From Nemertoderma westbladi (lineage: Eukaryota > Animalia > Xenacoelomorpha), in NCBI GenBank assembly GCA_032718475.1, contig JAUCBJ010006361.1, forward strand, positions 1 to 39,757: a DNA stretch of 39,757 nucleotides, written 5' to 3'. This document shows positions 11,450 through 24,995 of the stretch, in pieces. Numbering within the stretch: the stretch's first letter is position 1; every line of letters starts with the position of its first letter. The notes under the pieces were generated by a model. The model saw only the letters and a program-made list of their open reading frames with translations, was not told the origin of the DNA and made no database searches. A program made the translations under genes and the position numbers.

Positions 11450-12720
11450 TACTGGATACGGCCAGTGCCGCTAAAGAGGATCCTAACGAAGAGAGATCCA
11501 AAGATCCTAAACGAGTCCAAAGTAAGGCAGTTGCTGATATTAGAGACAGAGATTGGAAGACTGGTGTACCTGATGTCTCTGAAGGACTCTCCCCGATTAT
11601 CCAGAGAGCGATATGGCATATTATAGTTCCTGGAATAGACTTTGTAAAGCTATAACATACCTGAAGAGGTGTAATATACAGAGGTGTGACTATTCAAAGT
11701 TGAAAGAAAACAGCGACGCCATCCCAGGAGTATTCGAAGAAGTCAATGCAGTGAAAGACCTTCCCACTTATCGGCTACCTACCAAGTTTCTTGCTAACAA
11801 GATCAATTACCGGGAGCATGATGATACCAACAAACAACTACTGAGACTTCTACAATGTTATGAGGATCCTGAGAAGTATTTCCTGTTTGTTGAGAAATCC
11901 CCAGGTGCAGTTAAAGGATTCCTTTTCTAGCATTACGTTTGATGGGTTAATACGTGTTGGAGGGAGATTAACTAATACACCTCTTTCCTTTGACACCAAG
12001 TTTCCCATATTGGTTAGAAATCTTGAAATACAAATCAAGATGATTGTAGACGTATACAGTAGGCTTTATCATGCCGGTAGGGAACGAATTCTTAGCGAAA
12101 TTTGAACCCGCTACTATTTTCATAAACCGTGTAGAGCTCTGAGCTGAATCAAGTTCTTAGGAACTGTATACCATGTAGGAAAAGCATTTAGTAGGCCTTT
12201 AACCCAGTGAGAGGCAGAATTACCTAGGGAAAAAGTAAGCTGTTATGAACCACCCTTTACCCATGCTGGTGTTTATTTATTTGGCCCTATTGAAGTGTAT
12301 CATGCTAGAACTATAGTCAAGAGATGGTGCGTTATAATGGTTTGTATGACTTGTAGAGCGATTCATCTGGATATGGTGAATGATTTATCTACCAATAGTT
12401 TCATACTGATCATTTCGAGAAATACTATCTTCCAACTCTGCAACTCAGAACTAAATGGCGTTTGCGCAGCAAGAAAATGTCAGCGCCGGAGACATGGTAC
12501 TGATAGTCGATTCGGATCTTCCCCGCAAGAGGTGGCAGATAGGTCATATCATCGAGACCCATATATCTGACGACGGTTTAGTGCGATTAGTAGAACTCGT
12601 AGTTATGAGGCGTAACCATAAGAAGAAAGGAATAGTATTCTTTTAAACTCAACAACTCAATCACCCAATTGGTCACCTGTGTCTGCTGGAGAGAGACCAA
12701 GAATTATCCAGTAACTACGT
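11450..12720 (+). mobile_element. BEL/Pao integrase-region fragment including the DUF5641-like C-terminus
   Basis: YYSSWNRLCKAITY, DGLIRVGGRL, HAGRERIL, PFTHAGVYLFGP, KRWCVIMVCMTCRAIHLDMVNDLSTNSF and GDMVLIVDSDLPRKRWQIGHI..DDGLVR. Same strand as 2276..3688. Confidence 0.85.
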
Positions 12721-13499
12721 CAAACAGGAAACTCTTCCAACGACCACCTCCCAGATCCAGTAAACATCTATGGACTCAATAACTCATTATTTACGGCTGC
12801 GGGTGTATGACAACCCTTTATTTGTCTTTATTTTTATATTTTATGTACGCCTTATTACGTAATTTTATATTATTGCAATCATTTTTATTTAATTTTATTT
12901 AGTAGAATAATTCTGTAAGTAATTATTCGGTAGATTAGTGCAATACTGTATGTATGCTCTATTAATTAATATTATAATACATATATTTTAGTTAACGATG
13001 AGAAATAACTTCATTTTCTCCTTTTTATCACTGCCTATTATTATAAATACTTGATTTACAGTAAGAGAAATCTCACTCTATTTTGGAAATTAACAAAAAA
13101 AGTATTTTTATTCTAACATGTGCCAAATTTAATGGAGATTTCAAATCTGCAAGCAGTTTTCTCATATCTTTTTTCAAACTTAAGTTATTACCTAAAACGT
13201 AAGAGCTAGTCAGATTTTTGTAAAGCCTTCGAGCAGCACTATATTTTACAATTGCGCGTGGCCCTTTTCATAAAAAAGGCTATCACGGTACAGATATGTA
13301 TAAAATTGCTAAAACGTTGTTTTACTAGTTATCTGTTTAGCAAGAATGAAAAATTTCGTTGAATTTCATTAATTTTTGACAAAGTTGTTGACGAACATAG
13401 AAAATTGGTATTATCTAAAATAGCGGGAAGGTTTAAATTGTTCCTTAAACTTTAAACACCCATATCTCAGAATTATTGATAGTAACAATGCGTTGGAAA

Positions 13500-14024
13500 G
13501 CTGTATTATAACCCATATATATGAGCCATATCTCAGAATGACGTTTTTCATGAAAAGGGCTATTTCTCCGTCAATTTTAACTGAAATGAGTTAAAATTTG
13601 GTACACTTCTTAAGAATACCTTTCTCCATACTTCTTCTTAACAAATTTGGTTGGAAATTCCCTGGAGCCTTTTTATATTAAAAAGGCCCAAAAAACCCTT
13701 TTTTGGGGCCATTTTGTTCTAAAAAGGCTCCAGAGCATTTGAGGCAAAATTCGTTAAGAAGAATTGGATGCAGGGTTCTTCTGAACCTATAATCCAAATT
13801 TCGACAATTTTCAACAGATATTGGTGAAGAAATAGCCCTTGGCGCAAAAAGGCACTTTTGGCCATTACGGAGCCATTTGGGGGCCAATTTTAAAATATTT
13901 GGTTTGGCTATTCTCAGACAGTCCAGACGATGTTTAGTAGCACAAAAAATAATTTTCACCCAATTTTATGGTCCAGAGACACAAAAATGTGAGGCTTAAT
14001 TTGGGGGTGCTACACCCCCCTTAA
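13500..14024. mobile_element. Non-autonomous DNA transposon remnant, possibly a Kolobok-type terminus
   Basis: Ends in a GGGGGTG-CTA-CACCCCC hairpin (14003-14019) followed by TTAA (14021-14024). Internal inverted motif AAGGGCTATTTCT / AGAAATAGCCCTT. Left boundary unclear. Confidence 0.35.
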
Positions 14025-14619
14025 AGTAAATTATACCTTGGTTAGTCTACTCTACTTTAGGTATTATTGGTAAAAGTAGAGTAATAGGTATGCAAAGTTC
14101 AGATCTTCGTGTCTCGGCTAAACCAGGGTAGATTTTGGCTAATTGCTCTTCATTGCTCTTCAAATCTTCATTGCTCCTTGCAATATTGCTCTCATACCGT
14201 AGTCCTAAAATAATACGTATAGTATGATATGTCCATTTAACAGTAAATCTGTTAAACAATTTGACCAACTGAAATTCTAGTCGATTAAGATATCATGGCA
14301 CCCACTGATATACTTAAAAGACAAAATTTCTAGAATCAGTGGTTAACGTCTCCAGACATGTTCTGGAATAAATTGGTGCCCATCTTAAATTAAAAATAAT
14401 AAATTTACGGGAATATATTTTAAATTCATGTCCCCGCATGAATTAAATAAAATTGTCAATTTAAGACCATTTATTAAAATTCCATAAATTTAGTCAGTTA
14501 ATAGATCACGGGAGCGGAGATTCACCCTATTCCAACAGTGTGAGAGAATGCCCTAGTGTGCATTTAAATAGCTGACAAAATTTAATAAATATCACATAAA
14601 GGGAATAATAATAACCCTA

Positions 14620-15108
14620 TACTCTTACTACTACTATTACTAGGATCGGCATGCTGCATTGCAGCTGCATTTTTAAGAATGTTGTGCCGGCTTATCGACG
14701 AAATTGCACCACCACAACCCCTATCACGATCACCCATGACATTTGCTAGATCATCCGCGTCTTCAAGGCCAGTGTACTTTAAGATGCGTCTCAAGAAAGT
14801 CATGGGCTGTCCACCATGCTTATTCACTCCATGAGGCTGCCAAAGTACAAGATTATGCACTGGCTGGTCCTCACGGCGAAAGCAATGTCCTGCAAAGCGG
14901 AGGCGATTTTGTTCTAGTGTCAAGCTTGGGGGAACCAATGAGACACCTCCAATGTTATATAGTGTCTGGTTGGAGATGTGTGCATTGTACTTGACACAAT
15001 GAACCCGGCGTAGCATTATTGTGAATGTGCCATCCAGAGATTTGGTGTCCTCAGCAGTTAGAGCCCAGCATGGACTCCCATAGAGGAGTACTGGAACTAC
15101 TGCTGCAC
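14620..15108 (-). mobile_element. 5'-truncated RTE-type LINE 3' end
   Basis: LLYGSPCWALT, RLRFAGHCFR and LVLWQP, with a degenerate (TAG)n tail at ~14620-14643. Near-identical to 36970..37420 in the opposite orientation. Confidence 0.85.
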
Positions 15109-15267
15109 TAAATAAACGCCCTATATAATAACCCTATAGTCACTATTAAATAGCATCCCAGATCTGTATGCATGAGAAATACCCTAATTCTACCACTTGC
15201 TTTGCAAAATGTCACCTTAGCAACAATAACGCTAAAATTAAATATACTAAAGAACAATAGAAAGCTT

Positions 15268-15363
15268 GGCTCATTGAATAGAATAGATAGTGTATAGTAT
15301 CCAGGGATACAAAACGGCTCATTGAATAGAATAGATAGTGTATAGTATCCAGGGATACAAAAC
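15268..15363. repeat. Perfect tandem duplication, 2 x 48 bp
   Basis: GGCTCATTGAATAGAATAGATAGTGTATAGTATCCAGGGATACAAAAC at 15268 and 15316. Confidence 0.95.
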
Positions 15364-15414
15364 AACAATGTGACATTCTGGAAAGCACTGACTAAACGGA
15401 AATCTGGCAATAAA

Positions 15415-18400
15415 TGTATTGATTCAATATGTGCGAATATTGATTCAATATGTGCGAATATTGATTCAATATGTCGAATATTGATTCAATATGTGCGAAT
15501 ATTGATTCAATATGCGCGAATATTGATTCAATATGCGCGAATATTGATTCAATATGTGCGAATATTGATTCAATATTTGATTCAATATGTGCGAATATTG
15601 ATTCAATATGTGTGAATATTGATTCAATATGTGCGAATATTGTTTCAATATGTGCGAATATTGATTTAATATGTGCGAATATTGATTCAATATGTGCGAA
15701 TATTGATTCAATATGTGCGAATATTGATTCAATATGTGCGAATATTGATTCAATATTTGATTCAATGTGTGAATATTGATTCAATATGTGTGAATATTGA
15801 TTCAATATGTGCGAATATTGATTCAATATTTGATTCAATATGTGTGAATATTGATTCAATATGTGCGAATATTGATCCAATATGTGCGAATATTGATTCA
15901 ATATGTGCGAATATTGATTCAATATTTGATTCAATATGTGCGAATATTGATTCAATATGTGTGAATATTGATTCAATATGTGCGAATATTGATTCAATAT
16001 GTGCGAATATTGATTCAATATTTGATTCAATATGTGTGAATATCGATTCAATATGTGTGAATATTGATTCAATATGTGTGAATATTGATTCAATATGTGT
16101 CAATATTGATTCAATATGTGTGAATATTGATTCAATATGTGCGAATATTGATTCAATATGTGCGAATATTGATTCAATATTTGATTCAATATGTGTGAAT
16201 ATCGATTCAATATGTGTGAATATTGATTCAATATGTGTGAATATTGATTCAATATGTGTCAATATTGATTCAATATGTGTGAATATTGATTCAATATGTG
16301 CGAATATTGATTCAATATGTGCGAATATTGATTCAATATGTGCGAATATTGATTCAATATGTGCGAATATTGATTCAATAATTGATTCAATATGTGCGAA
16401 TATGCTTCAATATGTGCGAATATTGATTCAATATGTGCGAATATTGATTCAATATTTGATTCAATGTGTGAATATTGATTCAATATGTGTGAATATTGAT
16501 TCAATATGTGCGAATATTGATTCAATATTTGATTCAATATGTGTGAATATTGATTCAATATGTGCGAATATTGATCCAATATGTGCGAATATTGATTCAA
16601 TATGTGCGAATATTGATTCAATATTTGATTCAATATGTGCGAATATTGATTCAATATGTGTGAATATTGATTCAATATGTGTGAATATTGATTCAATATG
16701 TGCGAATATTGATTCAATATGTGCGAATATTGATTCAATATGTGCGAATATTAATTCAATATGTGCGAATATTGATTCAATATGTGCGAATATTGAATCA
16801 ATATTTGATTCAATATGTGTGAATATTGATTCAATATGTGCGAATATTGATTCAATATGTGCGAATATTGATTCAATATTTGATTCAATATGTGCGAATA
16901 TTGATTCAATATGTGTGAATATTGATTCAATATGTGTGAATATTGATTCAATATGTGCGAATATTGTTTCAATATTTGATTCAATATGTGTGAATATTGA
17001 TTCAATATGTGTGAATATTGATTCAATATGTGCGAATATTGATTCAATATGTCGAATATTGATTCAATATGTGCGAATATTGATTCAATATGCGCGAATA
17101 TTGATTCAATATGCGCGAATATTGATTCAATATGTGCGAATATTGATTCAATATTTGATTCAATATGTGCGAATATTGATTCAATATGTGTGAATATTGA
17201 TTCAATATGTGCGAATATTGTTTCAATATGTGCGAATATTGATTTAATATGTGCGAATATTGATTCAATATGTGCGAATATTGATTCAATATGTGCGAAT
17301 ATTGATTCAATATGTCGAATATTGATTCAATATGTGCGAATATTGATTCAATATGCGCGAATATTGATTCAATATGTCGAATATTGATTCAATATGTGCG
17401 AATATTGATTCAATATGCGCGAATATTGATTCAATATGTGCGAATATTGATTCAATATTTGATTCAATATGTGCGAATATTGATTCAATATGTGTGAATA
17501 TTGATTCAATATGTGCGAATATTGTTTCAATATGTGCGAATATTGATTTAATATGTGCGAATATTGATTCAATATGTGCGAATATTGATTCAATATGTGC
17601 GAATATTGATTCAATATGTGCGAATATTGATTCAATATGTGCGAATATTGATTCAATATTTGATTCAATATGTGCGAATATTGATTCAATATGTGTGAAT
17701 ATTGATTCAATATGTGTGAATATTGATTCAATATGTGTGAATATTGATTCAATACTTGATTCAATATGTGCGAATATTGATTTAATATGTGCGAATATTG
17801 ATTCAATATGTGTGAATATTGATTCAATATGTGCGAATATTGATTCAATATGTGCGAATATTGATTCAATATGTGCGAATATTGATTCAATAATTGATTC
17901 AATATGTGCGAATATGCTTCAATATGTGCGAATATTGATTCAATATGTGCGAATATTGATTCAATATTTGATTCAATGTGTGAATATTGATTCAATATGT
18001 GTGAATATTGATTCAATATGTGCGAATATTGATTCAATATTTGATTCAATATGTGTGAATATTGATTCAATATGTGCGAATATTGATCCAATATGTGCGA
18101 ATATTGATTCAATATGTGCGAATATTGATTCAATATTTGATTCAATATGTGCGAATATTGATTCAATATGTGTGAATATTGATTCAATATGTGCGAATAT
18201 TGATTCAATATGTGCGAATATTGATTCAATATTTGATTCAATATGTGTGAATATCGATTCAATATGTGTGAATATTGATTCAATATGTGTGAATATTGAT
18301 TCAATATGTGTCAATATTGATTCAATATGTGTGAATATTGATTCAATATGTGCGAATATTGATTCAATATGTGCGAATATTGATTCAATATTTGATTCAA

Positions 18401-20002
18401 TATGTGTGAATATCGATTCAATATGTGTGAATATTGATTCAATATGTGTGAATATTGATTCAATATGTGTCAATATTGATTCAATATGTGTGAATATTGA
18501 TTCAATATGTGCGAATATTGATTCAATATGTGCGAATATTGATTCAATATGTGCGAATATTGATTCAATAATTGATTCAATATGTGCGAATATGCTTCAA
18601 TATGTGCGAATATTGATTCAATATGTGCGAATATTGATTCAATATTTGATTCAATGTGTGAATATTGATTCAATATGTGTGAATATTGATTCAATATGTG
18701 CGAATATTGATTCAATATTTGATTCAATATGTGTGAATATTGATTCAATATGTGCGAATATTGATCCAATATGTGCGAATATTGATTCAATATGTGCGAA
18801 TATTGATTCAATATTTGATTCAATATGTGCGAATATTGATTCAATATGTGTGAATATTGATTCAATATGTGTGAATATTGATTCAATATGTGCGAATATT
18901 GATTCAATATGTGCGAATATTGATTCAATATGTGCGAATATTAATTCAATATGTGCGAATATTGATTCAATATGTGCGAATATTGAATCAATATTTGATT
19001 CAATATGTGTGAATATTGATTCAATATGTGCGAATATTGATTCAATATGTGCGAATATTAATTCAATATTTGATTCAATATGTGCGAATATTGATTCAAT
19101 ATGTGTGAATATTGATTCAATATGTGTGAATATTGATTCAATATGTGCGAATATTGTTTCAATATTTGATTCAATATGTGTGAATATTGATTCAATATGT
19201 GTGAATATTGATTCAATATGTGCGAATATTGATTCAATATGTGCGAATATCGATTCAATATGTGCGAATATTGATTCAATATTTGATTCAATATGTGCTG
19301 AATATTGATTCAATATGTGTGAATATTGATTCAATATGTGTGAATATTGATTCAATATGTGCGAATATTGATTCAATATGTGCGAATATTGATTCAATAT
19401 GTGCGAATATTGATTCAATATGTGCGAATATTGATTCAATATGTGCGAATATTGATTCAATATGTGCGAATATTGATTCAATATGTGCGAATATTGATTC
19501 AATATTTGATTCAATATGTGCGAATATTGATTCAATATTTGATTCAATATGTGTGAATATTGATTCAATATGTGCGAATATTGATTCAATATGTGTGAAT
19601 ATTGATTCAATATGTGTGAATATTGATTCAATATGTGTGAATATTGATTCAATATGTGCGAATATTGATTCAATATGTGCGAATATTGATTCAATATATG
19701 CGAATATTGATTCAATATGTGCGAATATTGATTCAATATGTGCGAATATTGATTCAATATGTGCGAATATTGATTCAATATTTGATTCAATATGTGTGAA
19801 TATCGATTCAATATGTGTGAATATTGATTCAATATGTGTGAATATTGATTCAATATGTGTCAATATTGATTCAATATGTGTGAATATTGATTCAATATGT
19901 GCGAATATTGATTCAATATGTGCGAATATTGATTCAATATGTGCGAATATTGATTCAATATGGGCAAATATTGATTCAATATTTGATTCAATATGTGCGA
20001 AT
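15415..20002. repeat. Satellite array 1: 21-bp unit GAATATTGATTCAATATGTG(C/T) with interspersed 12-bp TTGATTCAATAT sub-units
   Basis: About 4.6 kb of highly homogeneous head-to-tail units; source of the NIDSICA, ILNQYSH and IESIFAH pseudo-ORFs. Confidence 0.98.
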
Positions 20003-21479
20003 ACAGACAGACCAACTAATAGACGGATAAACAACGAAACATACCGACCGACTGATGATAGACTTACAACCGGGTTTATTTTTCACAAGTATATTTTGTA
20101 AGTCGTATATGTAATATATGACATTGCTAATACACCTCCAATAACTAATATGTTCTATAATTCGATATATTTATTAAATAATATATTTTCCTAATTCGGT
20201 TCCAAATTCTTTTCATTCGACATTATCATGCTATTACTCAAAAAAGTCTATATAAATATATTTTGCGGAAACACGTTAAACTTCATGAATTTTTCCTCAG
20301 CAATATAGATTTTTTAATGCCACAAGATATATTATTGTTGATATATCATCCACACATCAGGTACACAAAAACATGACCTCCACCGCACCACCCCCCCCCC
20401 CCCCCCCCCCCCCCATCCTCCCTCTAGCCCTCTAATTCGCCGGTCGTCTTTTCCTAAATTTAATTTACATTCCGTTTATGACCAGAATCCAAACACCCAT
20501 TACGATACATTGGACTACTTCCCTGTCAGTAATTCGTAATAAATAATTAATGACTATGAAAATAATAGTTAACTAATGTGAAATCAACGCGGATGGTAAT
20601 TAATTAAACCAGTGTTTACTAGTTGACGATTACTCATGAAGACCACTACACCACGTTGTTTGAAACAATAAACTATTTCGCTTCATTGCCTGTGTCAAAA
20701 ATACTGACCCTTATTCAAACCTCGTATTACAATTGTGGTCTACCACATCTTTTATTACCCCTCTAATTATTGTAAAATTAGTTGTATGTGAGTCAATGCT
20801 ATGAACTACTGAGAATGCGTCTGCATCTAGCACATGTACTATAAGTTCATTTTAGTTAGTAAACATGTCTTAACCGAGGACACCAATAAGTGTTGTTTGA
20901 AATTTAAATTCGCTGTGTTGCAGCAAACCTCGTTTCCCCCCTTATTTATCGGTCTAAATCTTTATACAGTATATATTATCCGTTTGTGTATAAATTGAAC
21001 TCGTACTGTACTTAGTAAAATTAGTATTAACATTTAACATGACGCCTAGTGCTGTAGTTTATATTACATATGTCAAGCTGAGACACAACGCTCTACCGTA
21101 ACTACATGCAACTCAAGTAACTAACGTTAACGTAACTCAAGTAACTTAATAATAATAATTACTGAAGCAATGTATACTATTTTTTCTGCATACCCGTTAA
21201 ACAATATATGGCAGGCGAGAATCGATTAGGCTGTTAGTTCAATTCAAACGTAATATCCTGCCGTTTTGTCTGTCAGACTACGAGTCTGGCAGCCTGGGTC
21301 TCACGGATTCTACACGCTAAAAATTAAATAATGTAATTTTTTATTTACATACGTTACCGAATAAATATATACTACAGTAAACCCCCCCCCCCCCCCCCCC
21401 CCCCAGCCCACCCAATGTCACAATATTGAGAACCACTTTATCTTTCAAGCAGCTAATCAAACATATTTGTAAAAATTAT

Positions 21480-24035
21480 TAGTGCTGTGTATGCTGGACG
21501 ATATTCCCGATAGTTACAACGGTCCAATAATAGTCGGGGGAGACTTCAATGCGCGTATCGATCTAGAGGACCAACCAAAAGCAACTGCTCTGCAGTTATT
21601 GATGGATGATTTCGATTTAGGCCTACAAAATAACAAAGAACCAACATATATATGTCACAACGGAAGCAGCGCAATCGATTTGATTTTCTCTAACATACAA
21701 GCGGAATCAATAAAGCTCGAACCAAATGCCATTAGGAAACACATCCCCATAAGGACAACCTGGAACACCGATATAATACTGAAGGAACTGGAAGATGAGG
21801 CTCAACCAGCCAGGAAAAGGAGAATAGACCTCGATAAATTACGAAATAACGAGAGCTTAATACAAGTCAACGATTTGTTACGAGATAACAATTTGGAGGA
21901 GGGTTACGCCAGACTAACTAGTGCGATTAAAGAGGCAGCGCCAATATCAAAAACTTCATCTCGCTTCGCGAAACCATGGTTCGATTCCACTTGTTACAGA
22001 AAAAGACAGGAAATCCTAAGGCTCAATGCTGCGGCAAAATGTGACTAATATCTAAGGCAATTGTTGTGCCTTCGAAAACGGCAGTTAAACAGCAGTTATT
22101 CGCTCAACAAACTGAACTTAAACTAATCACAGAAGCCGAGGAAATGCCCTACAAATGGTGTGGTAAAAGGGACTGCAAATCGAGCTGCCCGGTTTCTTCG
22201 ATATGTTTGGGAGACTCACTTTAGCAACATTCTTAAAGGTGACGTTACGGATGGAGCTGGCAGTTTTCAGGAGGCTGAACCACAAGGCGACGACATCAAT
22301 GACGATATGGAGCCGTTTTCAGAAGCAGAAGTTGCAGCAGAATTTAAAAGTAAACCAGCCTGAAAATCGGGTGGGCCAGACAGGGTCCCATACGAAATTC
22401 TAAAGGTTTCCCTTCCGATCGTTTTACTACTATAGACGACCTTGTTCAACATCTGTTTAAACAGCGGTTCTCTAGTCAAATGCTGGAAGTCGAACATTAC
22501 AAAAGTCCTATATAAAGGAAAGTGCACCCGCACCGATCCAGACAATTATAGAGGTATTTTGCTACTATGCAACGCTTACAAAATATTCACCAGCCTAGTA
22601 GGGAAACGGCTGAGGAACTTGTTATCAAGTAAAATTCCTAAAGAACAGTTTGGTTATATGCCCGGGAAATCTACATCTGCGCCTCTAGCTCAACTTATTA
22701 ACCGAATACATTACAATCTAGGTGAACCGAAGAAACCATTATATTGTGCGTATATAGACTTTCGCAAAGCCTTCGATTCAGTCCCACGATCGAAACTTTT
22801 GGACAAGCTCGCAAATTCGTTCAAAATCAAAGGGAAACTATTGAGAATATCGGCAATCATTGATACGAACTACATACAAATATTTGACGGCCTCCGGAAA
22901 TCGAGGATAATCAAACAAACTCGCAGTATGCTACAAGGCGATAGTCTGAGCCCATTCCTATTTATATTGTTCATCTTTGACATTGTGGATTATATCAAAA
23001 GATTTGCTCAGTTTGTAGGAGAAATTATTATATTATTATTTGCGGATGATCTGGTGTTCTATGGCGATTCGCGAGAAGTAGTACAAACAGGATTAGATGC
23101 CACAGCAGCATGGGCTGCGGATAATGGAATCGAGGTTAATTTAAAGAAAACCGCCGTAATGAAATTCTGGCATGGTGGCCGACTCAGCACGACGGATAAG
23201 TAAACCTACAATGGTAAACAAGTAACCATCTCTAACTGATACAAATATTTAGGGGTCACCTTCCAGACAACCCTATCGTTTACAAAGCATATCACCGAAG
23301 TAACATGTAAGGCACTAAAGGCGGCTCACTCCATCAAGAACTCTCAACTGCTCTCACTGGAAACTTCATTAGCATTATTTCGACTTAAAGTTCACCCGGT
23401 TGTTACATATGGACTGCGCGAAATCTGGCCCTTTCTCTCGGCAACTAACCTCCACTCAATGGACAAAATCAAATCCACATATCTAAAGAAAACTATCGGG
23501 GTGCACAAAAATTCACAAAACAGACTGGTATTAGCATTATGCGTAGAAGACCACTTCGTAGTCGAAATCGCCAAAAGGTTGAATCTTACGCACACGACGG
23601 AATATCAAAAGTACATGTTGTGTATCCATAATAAACAGCAAGAAATTAACTCGGATTTCTGGACGGCATTGGCTTTCTCGGATAGGAGGTGGACAAGATC
23701 AAACCAATGGAACCGCCATGTCATCACTAGACTCTCAATCCATGGGTATCACCACCTAGTTTGTAGTTCTAGAACATTCCACTACCCGAGTAGCGAATGC
23801 GTTTGTGAGCTGTGCGGACAGCCAGCACCATTATATCATATACTTATGTGCCACCGCAACTCGAAATCCCTCAACCAGCTGGCGAACCACCACCTTCACA
23901 CTTGCACATGAGGCATCGCACATAACTTTTAATTTATATTTATTGGTATATTTTTATTATTAAATATGATCTTAATAATTTTAACACTTGTGGCTTATAA
24001 CAGCAATTACCATATTTTGGTGTAATAAATATTAA
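21480..24035 (+). mobile_element. 5'-truncated APE-RT non-LTR retrotransposon with a C-terminal His/Cys finger (RTEX-like; clade uncertain)
   Basis: GGDFNARID, SAIDLIF, KPWFDSTC, NYRGI, YIDFRKAFDSV, LQGDSLSPFLF, FADD, KTAVMKFWHGG, YKYLGVTF and HGYHHLVC..CVCELCG..YHILMC. AATAAA near 24024; several stops and frameshifts. Confidence 0.85.
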
Positions 24036-24039
24036 TATA

Positions 24040-24995
24040 ATGTGAGAATATTGATTCAATATGTGCGAATATTGATTCAATATGTGCGAATATTGATTCA
24101 ATATGTGCGAATATTGATTCAATATTTGATTCAATATGTGCGAATAATGATTCAATATTTGATTCAAAATGTGAAAAAATATTGATTCAATATTTGATTC
24201 AATATGTGCGAATATTGATTCAATATGTGTGAATATTGATTCAATATGTGCGAATATTGATTCAATATGTGCGAATATTGATTCAATATTTGATTCAATA
24301 TGTGCGAATATTGATTCAATATGTGCGAATATTGATTCAATATGTGCGAATATTGATTCAATATGTGCGAATATTGATTCAATATTTGATTCAATATGTG
24401 CGAATATTGATTCAATATGTGCGAATATTGATTCAATATGTGTGAATATTGATTCAATGTGCGAATATTGATTCAATATGTGCGAATATTGATTCAATAT
24501 GTGCGAATATTGATTCAATATGTGCGAATATTGATTCAATATGTGCGAATATTGATTCAATATGTGCGAATATTGATTCAATATGTGTGAATATTGATTC
24601 AATATGTGCGAATATTGATTCAATATGTGCGAATATTGATTCAATATGTGCGAATATTGATTCAATATGTGCGAATATTGATTCAATATGTGCGAATATT
24701 GATTCAATATGTGTGAATATTGATTCAATATGTGCGAATATTGATTCAATATGTGCGAATATTGATTCAATATATGCGAATATTGATTCAATATGTGCGA
24801 ATATGCTTCAATATGTGCGAATATTGATTAAATATGTGCGAATATTGATTCAATATGTGCGAATATTGATTCAATATGTGCGAATATTGATTCAATATGT
24901 GTGAATATTGATTCAATATGTGTGAATATTGATTCAATATGTGTGAATATTGATTCGATATTTTGCAAACATATCAACATATTGATTCAATATTT
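24040..24995. repeat. Satellite array 2: same 21-bp unit and orientation as array 1
   Basis: About 0.95 kb of GAATATTGATTCAATATGTGY, decaying into diverged copies after ~24955. Confidence 0.97.

Noticed and set aside
12791-13060. BEL 3' polypurine tract and LTR starting TGTATGAC at ~12804
   Set aside because: The position is plausible, but there is no second LTR in the window for comparison and the purine tract is poor.
15370-24904. Long repeat ORFs (NIDSICA, ILNQYSH and IESIFAH heptads, up to 644 aa)
   Set aside because: A by-product of a 21-bp unit that lacks stops in several frames on both strands. Frames switch at indels and there are no unique termini or splice signals.
15415-24995. 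CRISPR-like array (short palindromic repeats)
   Set aside because: No unique spacers (only a near-constant 6-nt linker), no cas genes, and a eukaryotic context.
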